Of a stretch of DNA of 64,000 nt, positions 38,393 to 50,615 are shown piece after piece (positions within the stretch are counted from its first letter, which is position 1; every line of letters starts with the position of its first letter). Made by a program: the position numbers and the translations under genes. The DNA is taken from positions 1 through 64,000 of the forward strand of contig MU626267.1 in assembly GCA_025603075.1 (NCBI GenBank), written 5' to 3'. This DNA is from Neoconidiobolus thromboides FSU 785. Lineage: Eukaryota; Fungi; Entomophthoromycota. Under the pieces are notes generated by a model. The model had not been told where the DNA came from. It ran no database searches and saw nothing but the letters and a program-made list of their open reading frames with translations.

Positions 38393-39236
38393 CTACCTAT
38401 TTCCTCTACCACGTCCTCCACGTCCTCCACGTCCACCGCGTCCACGTCCACGTCCTCCACGAATGTGATTACTTTTACCACGGTTAGATCCCATTCCAGG
38501 TAAGTTGGTACGTTTATTAAGTACCTAAGATTACATTTAATGATATAAAAATAAATAACAAAATCTATACCTTGATCTGACGACCATTAAGCACGGAATC
38601 ATTTAAAACTAAAGCATTGGCAACTAAAGAAGCATCTGAAAATTCAATATAACCAAAGCTAAATTATTAGTAAGTTTTCAAAAATTATATAGCAAAAATA
38701 CCCTTTTGGTTGTTGAGTGACTTTATCGCAAATAATGGTAACTCTATTGATGTTACCGCAAGATACGAAATGCTCCTGTAATTTGTCTGGGGTAACAGTA
38801 TAATCCACCTTTAATTTTATTCAATGTTAATTTATTAATTCATATGTAAAGCTTACGTTCCCAACGTAAATGGATCTTGAATCAATTTCTGCTTTTTCTA
38901 AATGAAGTTTAATAAATTTAAATATTAATTGATAAAGATAATACCTTCTTCAGTCAAATACATTATTTCACCTTCAAAATTTTCATGCAGATTTTTTAGT
39001 CTAGCCGCTTCCTCTTCCATCTCTTTCACTCTCTGTTTCATGGCTTCAAGTTCCTTTAAAAAACTAATTTATTTTAAACCCCATAATCAAATTTCAAATA
39101 TTACTTCTGCAGTTTCAAGCGATCTTGTTGAGTCCAAATCATTAGCTTGGTTTCCATTTTGTCCTGCACTTTCACTTATTTTCATTTCACTATTATTAGT
39201 GTTTAATTCATTATCGTTGTTTCCTTGGCTAGCCAT
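38393..39236 (-). CDS. pab2: Nuclear poly(A)-binding protein (PABPN1/Pab2/Sgn1-like), multi-exon
   Basis: Coiled coil [19 protein letters not shown]; [12 protein letters not shown]|VDY...PKG|FGYIEF; C-terminal RGG repeats. Confidence 0.9.
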
Positions 39237-39583
39237 TTTTTATAGTTACTGATTCAAGCTTATATATTAAACTCTTCTTCCAATCCTTTATAAAAGTAAA
39301 ATTCAAGATAAAATTAATATTTTTCAATACTTAATTTCTAATTACGACTTTGCTCATTCATGATTTAATTTAAAATGGTAAATAGTTTAGTCTATTACAG
39401 ATATATTTTGATTTTCATTGGCCACGATAGTCTATGATAGCCAATAGCTGCAAAAAAGTGCCTGCAAAACAACTTTTAAAAAAGCTCATCATTGCAAAAA
39501 TATTGGGATTAGAATTATGGGTAATGATAGTTTTTAAATCCAATCTAAAAATAATCAAATTTTCAAATATCTAATTCTACATA

Positions 39584-40342
39584 ATGTATCATGGCAAACA
39601 CTTAAAAAAATTGGGTCGGAAGACGACCCAACATCGAATGGACATGTTAAAGAATATGGTAACCTCTTTGATCAAAAATGACCGTATTGAAACCACTTGG
39701 GTTAAGGCAAAGTCAATGCAACGTTTGGCGGATAAGGTAACTAATATGATAAGCTAAAAGAGATAATTATTAATCTTTAGATGGTAACACATATTAAAAA
39801 AAACAGTTTACATTCCGAAAACTTATGCAAAGATTTTGTTAGAGTAAGCAAAATAAAACTTCATAACTTATTATTAACATTAGCATTAGGAACATGATAT
39901 AACTATCCCTAAATTAAAAGAATTAGCTGAAAGATTTAAAGAAAGAGATGGTGGATATACAAGGGTATTTAAAAACGGAAACAGACATGGAGATAACGCA
40001 CCTATGGGTATCATTGAATACATAGGAGGTGAGAATGACCTCAAAGCATTTATGACTGTTAAAGCCGAAGCTCGTCGTCGTGTAGAAAAAGAAGAAAAAA
40101 ACTTCAGAAGTTCCAAAGAGATCCACGAATTTTTACTGGCTTGTAAAGAGAAGGGTAATTCATTAGATAAAAAAGAGTTTTTAAGAATCAAAAATCAACA
40201 AAAAGCTATGTTAGCTTTTGAAAGACGTATTGAAAAGGTTAAAGACTCTCTTAAGTTGGACGATAAAGCTTGGGAAGCAAAAATTGCTGAAGAAATGGAA
40301 CTTCTTACCAAAAAGGCTAGTGAATTAAAAATTTCTCAATAA
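39584..40342 (+). CDS. MRPL8: Mitochondrial ribosomal protein bL17m, 3 exons
   Basis: [43 protein letters not shown] and ERDGGYTRV...[11 protein letters not shown]. Confidence 0.9.
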
Positions 40343-40573
40343 ATAGAATTCAATTTTAGAAATAAAACATAAACTTATTTTTGTTAGATTCTAAAGTCTT
40401 TATATTTTTATACCTTTAAAATAACCTTGCGTAGTATAACTTTATTAACTTGTATAATACATGTTCTTAAAAGATTTATTAATAAAAGGATGGAGGGTAT
40501 AGTATAAGAGGTCAGAAAGGCTAAACAACAATAGAGTTCTATAGAAAATAAAGCAGTTTAAATTAATTTCTAT

Positions 40574-41290
40574 TTAATCACGGACACCGAATATAGCTTT
40601 TAAATTACTTGGATCGCTAGTGCTCATTCTCTTGTTTCTAACATATTTTGCACGTGAGCTATAAATTTATATTAGATTCAATTCAAATCATTGAACATAT
40701 ATACTTACTGTAATCTAACATTAGTGGTAGTGATTGTTACTGATTTTCTACTATCAGTACTAGTTTCATCATCTGAGCTTTTTTTCTCTTTTTTCGATTT
40801 CTTCTCTTTTTTACTCTCTTTAGTTTTTTTGTCATCACTTTTCTCTTTCTTGGTTTTTTTTTCTTTCTTTTCTTTTTTCTCTTTCTTTTCTTTCTTTGGT
40901 TTGATTTCATTTCTTACCTCTTCCTCCTCTTTATCATCTTGTTTTTCAGTCTGTCCAGCGTTAAGCTTAGCTAAAAGCTGAGAGAATCCAGATGTATTTT
41001 CAATCCAATTATCCTCTGTCTTAGCATCAGCTCCAAGCCCACGCTGATCTATCTTAACAGATGTTTTAATATGAACCTTTGAACCATCTTCATTTAAGCC
41101 CAACCCATTTCCCGGCGTCCACCCCATCTTTTCTAGCATTTTGAAACCAAAGCGGGAGGTGTCTTTAAAATGAAACCAGATTAGTTTGATTTATATTTGT
41201 TTTTTACATGGTGTACTTACTTTGACTCCATGTTGTGTTTTGTGGATCTTCACCAATGCGTTGCTTTTTGCGTGGTTCAGAAAGGCCCAT
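40574..41290 (-). CDS. PXR1: Pxr1/Gno1/PinX1 G-patch nucleolar protein, 3 exons
   Basis: MGLSEPRKKQRIGEDPQNTTW|...FGFKMLEKMGWTPGNGLG; KKE repeats; last exon RAKYVRNKRMSTSDPSNLKAIFG. Confidence 0.9.
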
Positions 41291-42161
41291 ATTTTATACT
41301 TTACTTTAAGTAAAAGAAAGCTTTTGAAATTTTGAGCTTAATTTTTATGCTCGGGTTTTAACGGCTTAATAATTTTAAATTTTATTAAATTCTTATTTAA
41401 TATAAACAAATCATTAAATAAAAATACTAGTGTTTTGTACTGGATATAGAGAATGTATAAAACATCCTGTAATTACAAATAGAATATTAAAAGCTATAAA
41501 GCAATTACAAGTAGATAATATAAAAGATAAAATAAAGTCTATAAATGTTTTATACAAAGTAAAATTTAAGCAATGGTAATAAGACACTTTAAATCATAAA
41601 AGCGTTAGAATAATACCCTAAGACCTTTCGTTATTGCTACAATATATTATATTGATCTATATAAAGATAGCTATTATACCAATTACATTAAATATAACCT
41701 TGGTGAAAGTAGTAGAAGCAGTTTAAAGACCTTCATTAAAGTAAACTGAAAAAGTGATAGATAATTAACTGTATAAAAATTAATTCAAAAAGCTAATGTG
41801 ACAAAGAAATGCTAGTTAAAAAGTTGCGACTTATTTTCTTTCAACGTTTTGTTTGCTGTTTAAGCTTAAAATTAATATTTTAAATTCTATTTAAAAATAC
41901 TCATTTAAAGCAATTTTAAGCTTTAGTTTTAGTTTTAAAAATATGGGGTAGATTTTATATTTTTTTGTATGATTAACCCCACTTGAGTACCACAGACAAA
42001 CATTGCTCGCACGACTTAAATCAATTAACCCTTTAGGTATTGAGTTTTAAAAAAACTAATTTAATCAGCATAAAATCAATAGGAAATCGTGACTCAATCA
42101 AACAAAAAAATTTTGAGACTTTCGGTACTCGAAGAGCTATTTTTCTTTAAATTTTACTATT

Positions 42162-42257
42162 GAGGATGTTTTTTTGGCTTATTACTTTTCCCATCTTTTA
42201 AGCACTATTTAGGTGGAAAAATTGTTAGTAAAATTCTTAAATACAAAAATACATCCC
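42162..42257 (-). mobile_element. MITE copy
   Basis: GAGGATG...ACATCCC; TATT/AATT flanks. Confidence 0.87.
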
Positions 42258-43344
42258 AATTACAGAACTGTTAGATTTAAAATTAGTTAATATATATATA
42301 AGGATCAAATAATTCAATTATAAATTAATTATGAGTTGTAGACTTATTGTTCTAACTATTAATAATAAAAAATCCTAAATAGATAAATACACATTTGATA
42401 GTTTTATTAAATTTATACCCAATATTTCTTTTAATAAAATATAAATCCATCAGTTATAGTTTGATCTATTTCTAAAAAGAACTTTAGACAATTGTTTTAA
42501 TTTCTATATTTTATCTATTATGAGATTGTATAGTTTAGATGATATGGGGTAGACACAACGTTAGTCATTTGTAAAATCTGTTACCAAAGGCATTGTCCAA
42601 AATTTCTATTCTGTATCCTCAAATACTATTTGGCTAGATATGAAACCCACCTTTTTATAAACCGGCCTTATGCTCTCAAAATATTTCAAAAGTTGGAAAG
42701 CTAATGCTAAAACTCTTTATTTCCACAAAATTTATTCATATTTGTGCTCAATTACCTTGCAACATTTTTATGAACACAACTGACTAACAAAAGCAACTGT
42801 GAATTCTATTTTTGAAAATTAATTTTACATTACAACTATAAAATTAAATATATATAAGTGTAACTCCCGCTTTAAAATAACCGTTTACAAGCTGTTGCCA
42901 TACTGTGCAATAAAAAATAACCAGTAGAATTAGCTAATTAAAATGATTACAAATTTAAAATAAATGGCCTAGACCTTTTAATTTAATAACCTTCAAATAT
43001 TATTTGAACTTTTTTATGCAAAATTTAAGCACACAAACTAACGCTTTTAGTTTAAATTAAAGCTTACAATTTATAGTCAAATAAAATTCTAAATCTGTTG
43101 GACACAACATCTAGTTTAGTTTATCGATTTATTCTGAAGTCTAAAAGATTAGAATGTATCATTCATAATAATTTACCGTATTTAATTAAATCAATGGCAT
43201 GATGTCGTATTGTCTAAATAAAAGCAAATGAAGATACGCTATGATAAAAAGTAATGATTAAAAATTTACAAAATCCTAGAGAAAGGGATTAGTTAAATTT
43301 AAAAAGATGTTTATTTATATATATAAGGAAGATGAAGGGTTCAT

Positions 43345-44358
43345 TTAAATGACTCTTTTAACTAAAGGTGGTGCTATGAAAAAATCATATACAATAATAC
43401 CAAAGATAGCTCCAAAAAAAGGTGCAATCAATGGTACCCAAAAATAATGATTTGCTGCAGTGAATGGCTCTGTGCCCCAGCCTGCTGCCATCGTAAATAA
43501 TCTTGGTCCCATATCTCTGGCTGGATTTAAAGCAAATCCAGTTAACCAACCAGTACTAAAACTAATAGCACCTATTGTAAACCCACATGCAATAGGAGCT
43601 AACCAAGAAGGAGTGCCATGTCTCTCATCATTAATACCAAGAATCCCAAGGATTAAGAAAGTGGTACTTAACATTTCAATAAAAAATGCATTTGCAATGG
43701 TTACGTTTGGGGCTGGATACGTAGCAAAGATTCCGGCAGTAGCAAGGTTTCCACTGGTGGCTCTAATACCACCGTCGAATAGATCAATGGCAGGATAATT
43801 AAATAACATAACTAAACAAGCTCCGCAAAAGGCTCCGAATAGTTGAGCAAACATGTAACCAGGGACCTTTTTCCAAGGAAAACCTCTTAAAAGAGCATTT
43901 GCTAAAGTAATAGCAGGGTTCACATGAGCTCCAGAAACAGGACTAGCAATAAAAACAGCTAACATTAAAGCAAAAGCAAAACCTAATGAAATGATAATTG
44001 CTCCAGAACCTTTAGCATTAGCGTTGGTTACTGCAAGTGCAACTGCACCATCACCAAAAGTAACCAAAATTAAAGTGCCCAAAAACTCAGCAAAATATTC
44101 TCTCAAATTATAACGAAATCTACCATAGGCACTTAACTTAGCCAAGTCAAAATCAGCTCCATTTTCAACGCGGGTAGTATCACTGTATTGGTGTCGATAT
44201 TCCTGTTTAATGCCAGTATCGTGGACTTGATAACGATTTAAAGAATTATTATCAATTGAAGCTCTTTCATTTGGCACAATAGCATTGCTAGTAGGGAAGA
44301 CTACTGGATTTTCAAAATTTCCACCAAGTCCAGCGTTATTTTTATTAACTGTGGCCAT
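43345..44358 (-). CDS. Aquaglyceroporin (MIP family, GlpF/Fps1-like)
   Basis: SGAHVNPA and GFALNPARD (Asp after NPAR is typical of glycerol facilitators); AEFLGT. Confidence 0.95.
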   Translation of the reverse strand: MATVNKNNAGLGGNFENPVVFPTSNAIVPNERASIDNNSLNRYQVHDTGIKQEYRHQYSDTTRVENGADFDLAKLSAYGRFRYNLREYFAEFLGTLILVTFGDGAVALAVTNANAKGSGAIIISLGFAFALMLAVFIASPVSGAHVNPAITLANALLRGFPWKKVPGYMFAQLFGAFCGACLVMLFNYPAIDLFDGGIRATSGNLATAGIFATYPAPNVTIANAFFIEMLSTTFLILGILGINDERHGTPSWLAPIACGFTIGAISFSTGWLTGFALNPARDMGPRLFTMAAGWGTEPFTAANHYFWVPLIAPFFGAIFGIIVYDFFIAPPLVKRVI

Positions 44359-46291
44359 GTTTTATTAAAACAAAATAATTTTATTTGGAAGTTAATAGAT
44401 AATAGATTTATTTATATACTTTTTTATTAAAAAAATTAATATGCGATCTGCGTAATTTAAGAATTGGTTAAGTAAATATTCTACTTAAATTATAGCACCG
44501 TTTTAAAATGTTTTGCAAATGAATTTCCCAGCTTTTTTTTAAAGAAAAATCGCATAATGTAAAACTTAATACGTACTTTTATGTATTCTGAAAAGGCCAT
44601 AAATTGAGGCTTTCAAAAATAATAGTTTTATTATGTAGAAAACTCTAAAATTTAAAGCTTTATATAGACTTTAACTTCAATATATTTAATATAATACCAT
44701 ATTTTACACTATTGCCACTAAAGTCGTTTTTACAGAGAATTTTTCGATATTAATAAATGGTGGAAATATACTCATGTATGAATAGATAACTTGATCAACC
44801 GATCAACCACCGTTAAATCCAAAGGAAATACAAAACAAAGCCCAAAATTGGGGTGGAAATAACAAAGTTTTCCAAATAAGATATATTTAGATAATTAAAA
44901 TTTTTAAAGAATTTGGGTTTTTATTTGATATTATTTAAGATGTTCAAGACATTAAAAGCATAATCTAAAGGTGTATTTGTTTAAAATAAAAATAAAATAT
45001 TGATTTTGGATTTTGGATTTCAGATTTCAACTTTATTACAGTTAATTATTACAAACTAGATTCTTTAAACCCAACTGATTCGAATAAAGTGGGGTGAAGG
45101 CTAAAATTTTAAGAATATAAAAATATTTTTTGCAGTCATATAGTATACTTTACCACGTTCACCCCATATTCCTTAATATATTTTTGTTTTCAATCACTTT
45201 ATAAGATATTAAATAATACTATTTTTTGTATAGTTTTACTTATGATTTCATCATTTTAAAAATAAAAGGTTAAATTTAGATAAATTTTGTATGAATTTGT
45301 TTTATATGCTTTAATGTTTGAAATTAGTGATATTTAATCCGAATTTTTGATAAAATATTTACCTCCGAATTTTTGCAGTTAAATTAAACTATACCAAAAG
45401 CTACATTAGCTTGACATTTGTTTTTGCTTTAATGATGTGGTGGGGATATAAAAAAAATACTGGGATTGAGGGGTTTTAGTTTTAGTGTGTTAGATTCCTT
45501 GCACTAATTTGTTGTATGTGTTGTAACTATAATATGCGCTAGATTCTATCTTAATTAAATTTTCTGTCTCTAAGATTTAAACTAAATTCTGAAGGTGGAT
45601 ATTGGTGCAATATATGGTTTTTTTAAATAGCTTAGCTTTTTATCGTATCTCAAAAGTGGATAACTATTAATGGAAAACTCACTGCATCTTGCAATTACAA
45701 TCTAAGTTAAACTAGCACAAAAAGCCTAACACATTATATTTACAGCCTCTTCATCCTACAACTTTTTTGACCTTCCCTTGTAATAATTTTTAGAAGGTAT
45801 AATAAAATCAAGTAAAGATCAAAAGCTATTATCTCTATAGCCTTTTCTTTTCTCCACTAGCCATTTACATCTATCTGTATTATATTATTAAACTGACTAA
45901 GGACTTTTCTCTTGTGATGATATAAAAAATTAGATAATAAATATATAACTATCATAAAATACCACCAAAGTCCAAAGTAATGGCTTGCTCACAGTTTTTT
46001 CTCTCCTTGAAGCATATTAGTAACAATTAAGATATTATGTTCTAGACATTTTTTTGTATAAAGTTGCTTTAATTAAAGCAGATATTTAATTAAAGTAATC
46101 ACCATTTTATCCTTTTATAGTATGATTATAAAATAATGTATTCTAAATTAAGGTTATGTTTATAATGTGAGTAGCCACTTTTATGTACAAACTAATTAAT
46201 ATTCAGCTGTAAAATCAAATAGAATTATAATGGTTAAAATACCGGAATTCTGTAATAAAATTTTACAATAATTGTTTCGTATTTTACCAAA

Positions 46292-46711
46292 CTAACCAGA
46301 GATATTTCTAATACCGTTACAATCTGAGTTATATTAACTAGCATTAAAGCAATTGAATTTTTCAGATTTGTTGTTAGTCCCAGATTCAGGGAAATTGGTT
46401 TTAAAATACTATCTTTTGAGCAATTTTCAAAGTTTAAACCAAATTCACCATCGCCACTTGCCTCTCTAAATGCAGAAGCGAAGATAATGTCGAAAGTGAC
46501 TCTTTAAATTTTGAACATGAGAGGTAGATAGTTAATTATCATACACAACAAAACAATAAGAACCTATTATACATTTAATTTCGCCAACGGGAGGGCCAAG
46601 TTCTTTAAAGTTGAGGTTATATTTTACTATATAATTGGCGGAACTACTTGTATTAGATCCTAAAATAGTAGCGATAAGAGGGAACTAAAGAATTTTAGAT
46701 ATGGTTAGTAT
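46292..46711 (-). pseudogene. Full-length pseudogene of the Cys-rich secreted protein at 30102
   Basis: Collinear from the start (ATG changed to ATA) to ...CNGIRNISG*; SAFREASGDGEFGLNFENCS matches SAFEDVSSDGELGLKFENCS; frameshifts and an internal TAA. Confidence 0.85.
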
Positions 46712-46799
46712 TTTTTGAGTGTTTGGAATATTTTTTGTTCATTTTTACATGTTTGTTTAGTTTAAAAAACTGATTTATAATTTTAAGTTATTAACATTT

Positions 46800-46898
46800 G
46801 GGATTGTTTTTTTTGGCTTCATTACTTTTTCCATCTTTTAAGCGCTATTTGAGTGGAAAAATTACTAGTAAAACTCTTAAATACAAAAATACATCCCC
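46800..46898 (-). mobile_element. MITE copy with a perfect ATTT TSD
   Basis: ATTT+GGGATTG...ACATCCCC+ATTT. Confidence 0.92.
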
Positions 46899-47128
46899 AT
46901 TTATTACATTTAACCATTACAATGTTTTCTTAAAATATTGGAGGAGTTAGATCTCCAAGTGGTTTGTTGTTAATAATAAAGCCAGGGCTATGATGTTTTA
47001 TTTTTATAATTATAACAACCATCATTTCAGTTCTTCAAAAATTTTATGAGGTAAATAGTACATTTTTTATAAAAAGAGAAACACTAAAAGCAATATAAAC
47101 CCTAAATAAATGTTAAAAATCATCACAC

Positions 47129-47219
47129 AGGGATGTATTTTTTTATTTAGGAGTTTCATTGGTTTTTCCACTCAAATAGTACTAAGAAACATAAAAAGTG
47201 AAACCAAAAAAACACTCTC
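47129..47219 (+). mobile_element. MITE copy (diverged, internal deletion)
   Basis: AGGGATGTATTT...CACTCTC+ATAT. Confidence 0.75.
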
Positions 47220-47484
47220 ATATATTTATTGCCATTTTTTATTGAGATTTGTGATTTTATAGTTAGCGTAAAAATGATAATGAAATACTAGAAATAAATA
47301 AAAAGCTTATAAAATAATAACAAAGCTTAAACTCAAAAGCATATTGTTCTTTCTAACTTCCAAGTATAACTAAAATTAAAAACAAAACTTCATTTGAGTT
47401 AAATTTCATATGTTGTTATGCCTTTCATAGACATTCTAAATTAACTTTAACCTTAACAGAGTCAAATGTATAGCACAAATATAT

Positions 47485-47584
47485 GGGGATGTATTTTTGT
47501 GTTTAACAATTTTACCAACAAATTTTCCGCTCAAATAGCGCTTAAAAAAATGGAAAAAATAATGAAGTCAAAAAAAACACTCCC
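47485..47584 (+). mobile_element. MITE copy, near-consensus
   Basis: Very similar to 938-1036; ATAT/GTAT flanks. Confidence 0.92.
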
Positions 47585-47810
47585 GTATAATGTGAGATAA
47601 TTGTTTATAATTGCAGCGGCTAAAAATAAAATGATTAGTTGCAAAAATTTACATTAAACCTGAATGGCTTCAATATTCAAACATGATACATTAATAGTAA
47701 AAATATAAAATTTCGAAAAAGTTAATTTAACTATAAATGACTATTTGCATAAAATAAAGATAGCTTAGCTACTTTTGAAACAATTTTAAAATTGAACTTT
47801 TATTGATAAA

Positions 47811-48070
47811 TTGATGGTATGATTCAGCGTTGTTGTAATTATTGAAGCTAGTTCCAGCACCAATAACATCTAATCCAATAGATAGACTATATTTATTGAA
47901 AGTACCAACAGATCCAGTTACGTTAGAAATAACAGCAGCGTTATTACCTAAATTGATATTAGGGTATGGTATGAGACACTAGCCATAAGTGATTCTAGAT
48001 TGAATTACTTGTATTAGAGCTTTTCGGCTATAAATCAAACCTGATATTTATTTTCGCCAGAGATCTTGAT
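47811..48070 (-). pseudogene. 3' fragment pseudogene of the Gly/Ser-rich secreted protein at 28250
   Basis: NLGNNAAVISNVTGSVGTFNKYSLSIGLDVIGAGTSFNNYNNAESYH aligns with NAGNNVAVISNGAGTVGTSNNFGSSTGVGIIGAGTNFNGFNKATSYH; 3'UTR also similar; internal TAG; the 5' part was not found. Confidence 0.85.
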
Positions 48071-49670
48071 TTTTTCTTATCAACCTAATATTCAATTCCC
48101 TTACCCTCATATCTTTAACCCATTTGAATACAAAACGTTTGTAATATAAATTCTAAGGCCTGATAAAATAATATTTAGAGTACAAAAAATTAAAGAGTTG
48201 TTTATAACAACAGCATTAAGGAGGTTTTAATTATTATGGGCAAGTATCAAATAAAAAGAGCATTAAAAAAGTATATTCATGATGCCTTTTGTTAATAAAA
48301 AGGTGGGATTGAAAGGATTTTTGGAAAAGAGAAAGAAGCTTCACTAAAACAGTTCTTTTATTAAAATTATTTAAAATTCTACTTCAAAATTTTAGCGCTT
48401 ATGACTTAAACTAGTAGGAAAAGATATATACATAACTATATAAGTTGCGGTATAAACTTAAACAAAAAATTGTACATAAAATTCAATATGGCTGTAAAAA
48501 AATTATAAGCATATAATGTAGAAAATAAAGCTTCAAAAAAAGGTCGAAAAAAAGCTTTAGTATTAAAGAATATTAGGAATTTTGATAGCAATTAGCACTT
48601 CTTAATAAGTAATTTCTATTTCCAAAAGAATTATCCGCATTGACAAACAGGCCAGGTTTATTCATACTTACACATTTACTTCTTGGTGATGTGAAAGTAT
48701 TTTATATATTAGTTTATTATTTTTACTCAAGAAAATAGTGTCTTTGTTGGTTGCAACAGTAAAAAGATTTTTTATATGTAAGTAATTTTTTTCTAAAATG
48801 AAGATTCAAAGAAACCAAAATTATTTATGAAATGCTCAAGTAATAAAAAAGTTATATTAAGAGTTTTGAAAAAATAAAGTAATGAAAACATGCAAATACA
48901 ATTTTTATGAGAAGTATGTGCAACCATAAGAATAATTAAAAAAATGTGATTGTTATTTATTGTTGAATGGTTATATTAATTAAAGTCAAATTATAGCCTT
49001 CTAATTAATGTAGGAGATAAAAACTGCTTGCTCTCATAGCTGCTCATTTTTTTACATTATATAATAACAAAATGAACCAAATTAAAGAAATTAGTGAACT
49101 TTAGTATTTACGTATATATCTATAAATGTTTCGATATAGAATATACAAAAATTGTAGTAATTTTACTTTTTTAACACAAATTAAAAATAATATGTTTAGA
49201 TATTTAATTCCTTAAAAACCTTGATAAAGCTGACTTTTAAGGTTAATATTTATTCTAGTTTGAACTTTCAAAAAAAAATTTTAAGATTTTTAATTAAATC
49301 AGAAATATCGCTAAAATTATACATTGTAGTTAAAACTTTAAGAGACCCCTTTTAAAAGAAATACAGACATCTTCACCACTTGTTCTCTAAATTTGCTTTG
49401 TTGAATCACTTGGGAAAATCGTTATCTCAGGAATTTGCATAAAAAATTAATTTATCTAAATAAAAGATTTATCAGATTTATATTCATTATAAATTATTAT
49501 CAAAATAAAATTAAATAATAAAAAGGGATGATAAATGTACGTGAAAAGTTAAAAATAAAAAAATGTATTTTGTTATTTAAAAACTAGTTTAAAAGCGAAT
49601 CTCTACTACTTTAATTAGCAATTTATTAATTTAAGTCAGCATTTATAAAGTAAAATGAATATATTTATTT

Positions 49671-50615
49671 TCAAAATAATAAAACAATAGCCAGGCTTAA
49701 TAATGATAACACCGAAAAATGATCTAATGTACCATTTGAAGATGAATTGTTATTTTTACCAAGTGGTCTTGATGAAAGAGTCGAGGAGAGGATACTTGAA
49801 GATGTATCAATCGAAGTTGCATTTGTATTAGATTTAATGTTATTATTTATATTATCTTTTTTCTCATCGTTTTTTAACTTTAATTTATCTATCTGATAGC
49901 CAGAGGAAACACCTAAGCAAGTCTCCATATTTACAAATTTGTATTTTTTCTCTCTGATAAACCTAATGATATCAGGCAATTTGGCCAGTCTAGGTAGAGT
50001 GGTTTCGTGCTGTAAAGAAATAAAGGAGTTTTTAGTTGGGTCTGAGTTTTTAACTCCATTAATGATATTCCATCGGATCATATCTGAATTACCGCTCTTC
50101 TCTCTCCAGTCAAAAGAATCTACCGAAACATGGATATTTTGATAGCCTAAAGAAGCAACAATTCTTTGTACACGCTGGTCCATACTAAGATAAGGAAACC
50201 TGAAAAATGCTGGCCTTTTCCCAATAATATCAAATATAAGATTTTCTGTTTTCTTAATTTCTTCTACTATCTGTTGGTCATTTCTTTCTAGAAATTTAGG
50301 ATGGGAATAAGAGTGGGATGCAATGGTATGACCTTCTTCGAAGGTGCGAACCAATTTACTTTTGAGCTCATTTTTCTCAAGCTGGACACCCAATACAAAA
50401 AAGGTTGCTATTACTCTATGCTCTTTGAGGATGTTTAATATTTCATCGGTGTATTCGGTTGGCCCATCGTCAAAAGTTAGTGCAAAATGGCCTGGAGTTT
50501 TACAGTTAAAGATCGGAGGTAGATCGCAGTTGCTTTGGTTACATTTGATTTCTTCAGAAATAGTACAGATCGATAATATAAATACCACTAAGGCAAACAA
50601 AAATAGAAAGTTCAT
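49671..50615 (-). CDS. Secreted, probably GPI-anchored polysaccharide/chitin deacetylase (CE4, NodB domain)
   Basis: Signal peptide; TFDDGP, HSYSH, RFPY, DSFDW and LQHE motifs; Ser/Thr linker and hydrophobic C-terminus. Confidence 0.92.
   Translation of the reverse strand: MNFLFLFALVVFILSICTISEEIKCNQSNCDLPPIFNCKTPGHFALTFDDGPTEYTDEILNILKEHRVIATFFVLGVQLEKNELKSKLVRTFEEGHTIASHSYSHPKFLERNDQQIVEEIKKTENLIFDIIGKRPAFFRFPYLSMDQRVQRIVASLGYQNIHVSVDSFDWREKSGNSDMIRWNIINGVKNSDPTKNSFISLQHETTLPRLAKLPDIIRFIREKKYKFVNMETCLGVSSGYQIDKLKLKNDEKKDNINNNIKSNTNATSIDTSSSILSSTLSSRPLGKNNNSSSNGTLDHFSVLSLLSLAIVLLF

Noticed and set aside
38405-38463. CCACGT(CCT) short tandem repeats
   Set aside because: Explained by the RGG tail of the poly(A)-binding protein on the minus strand
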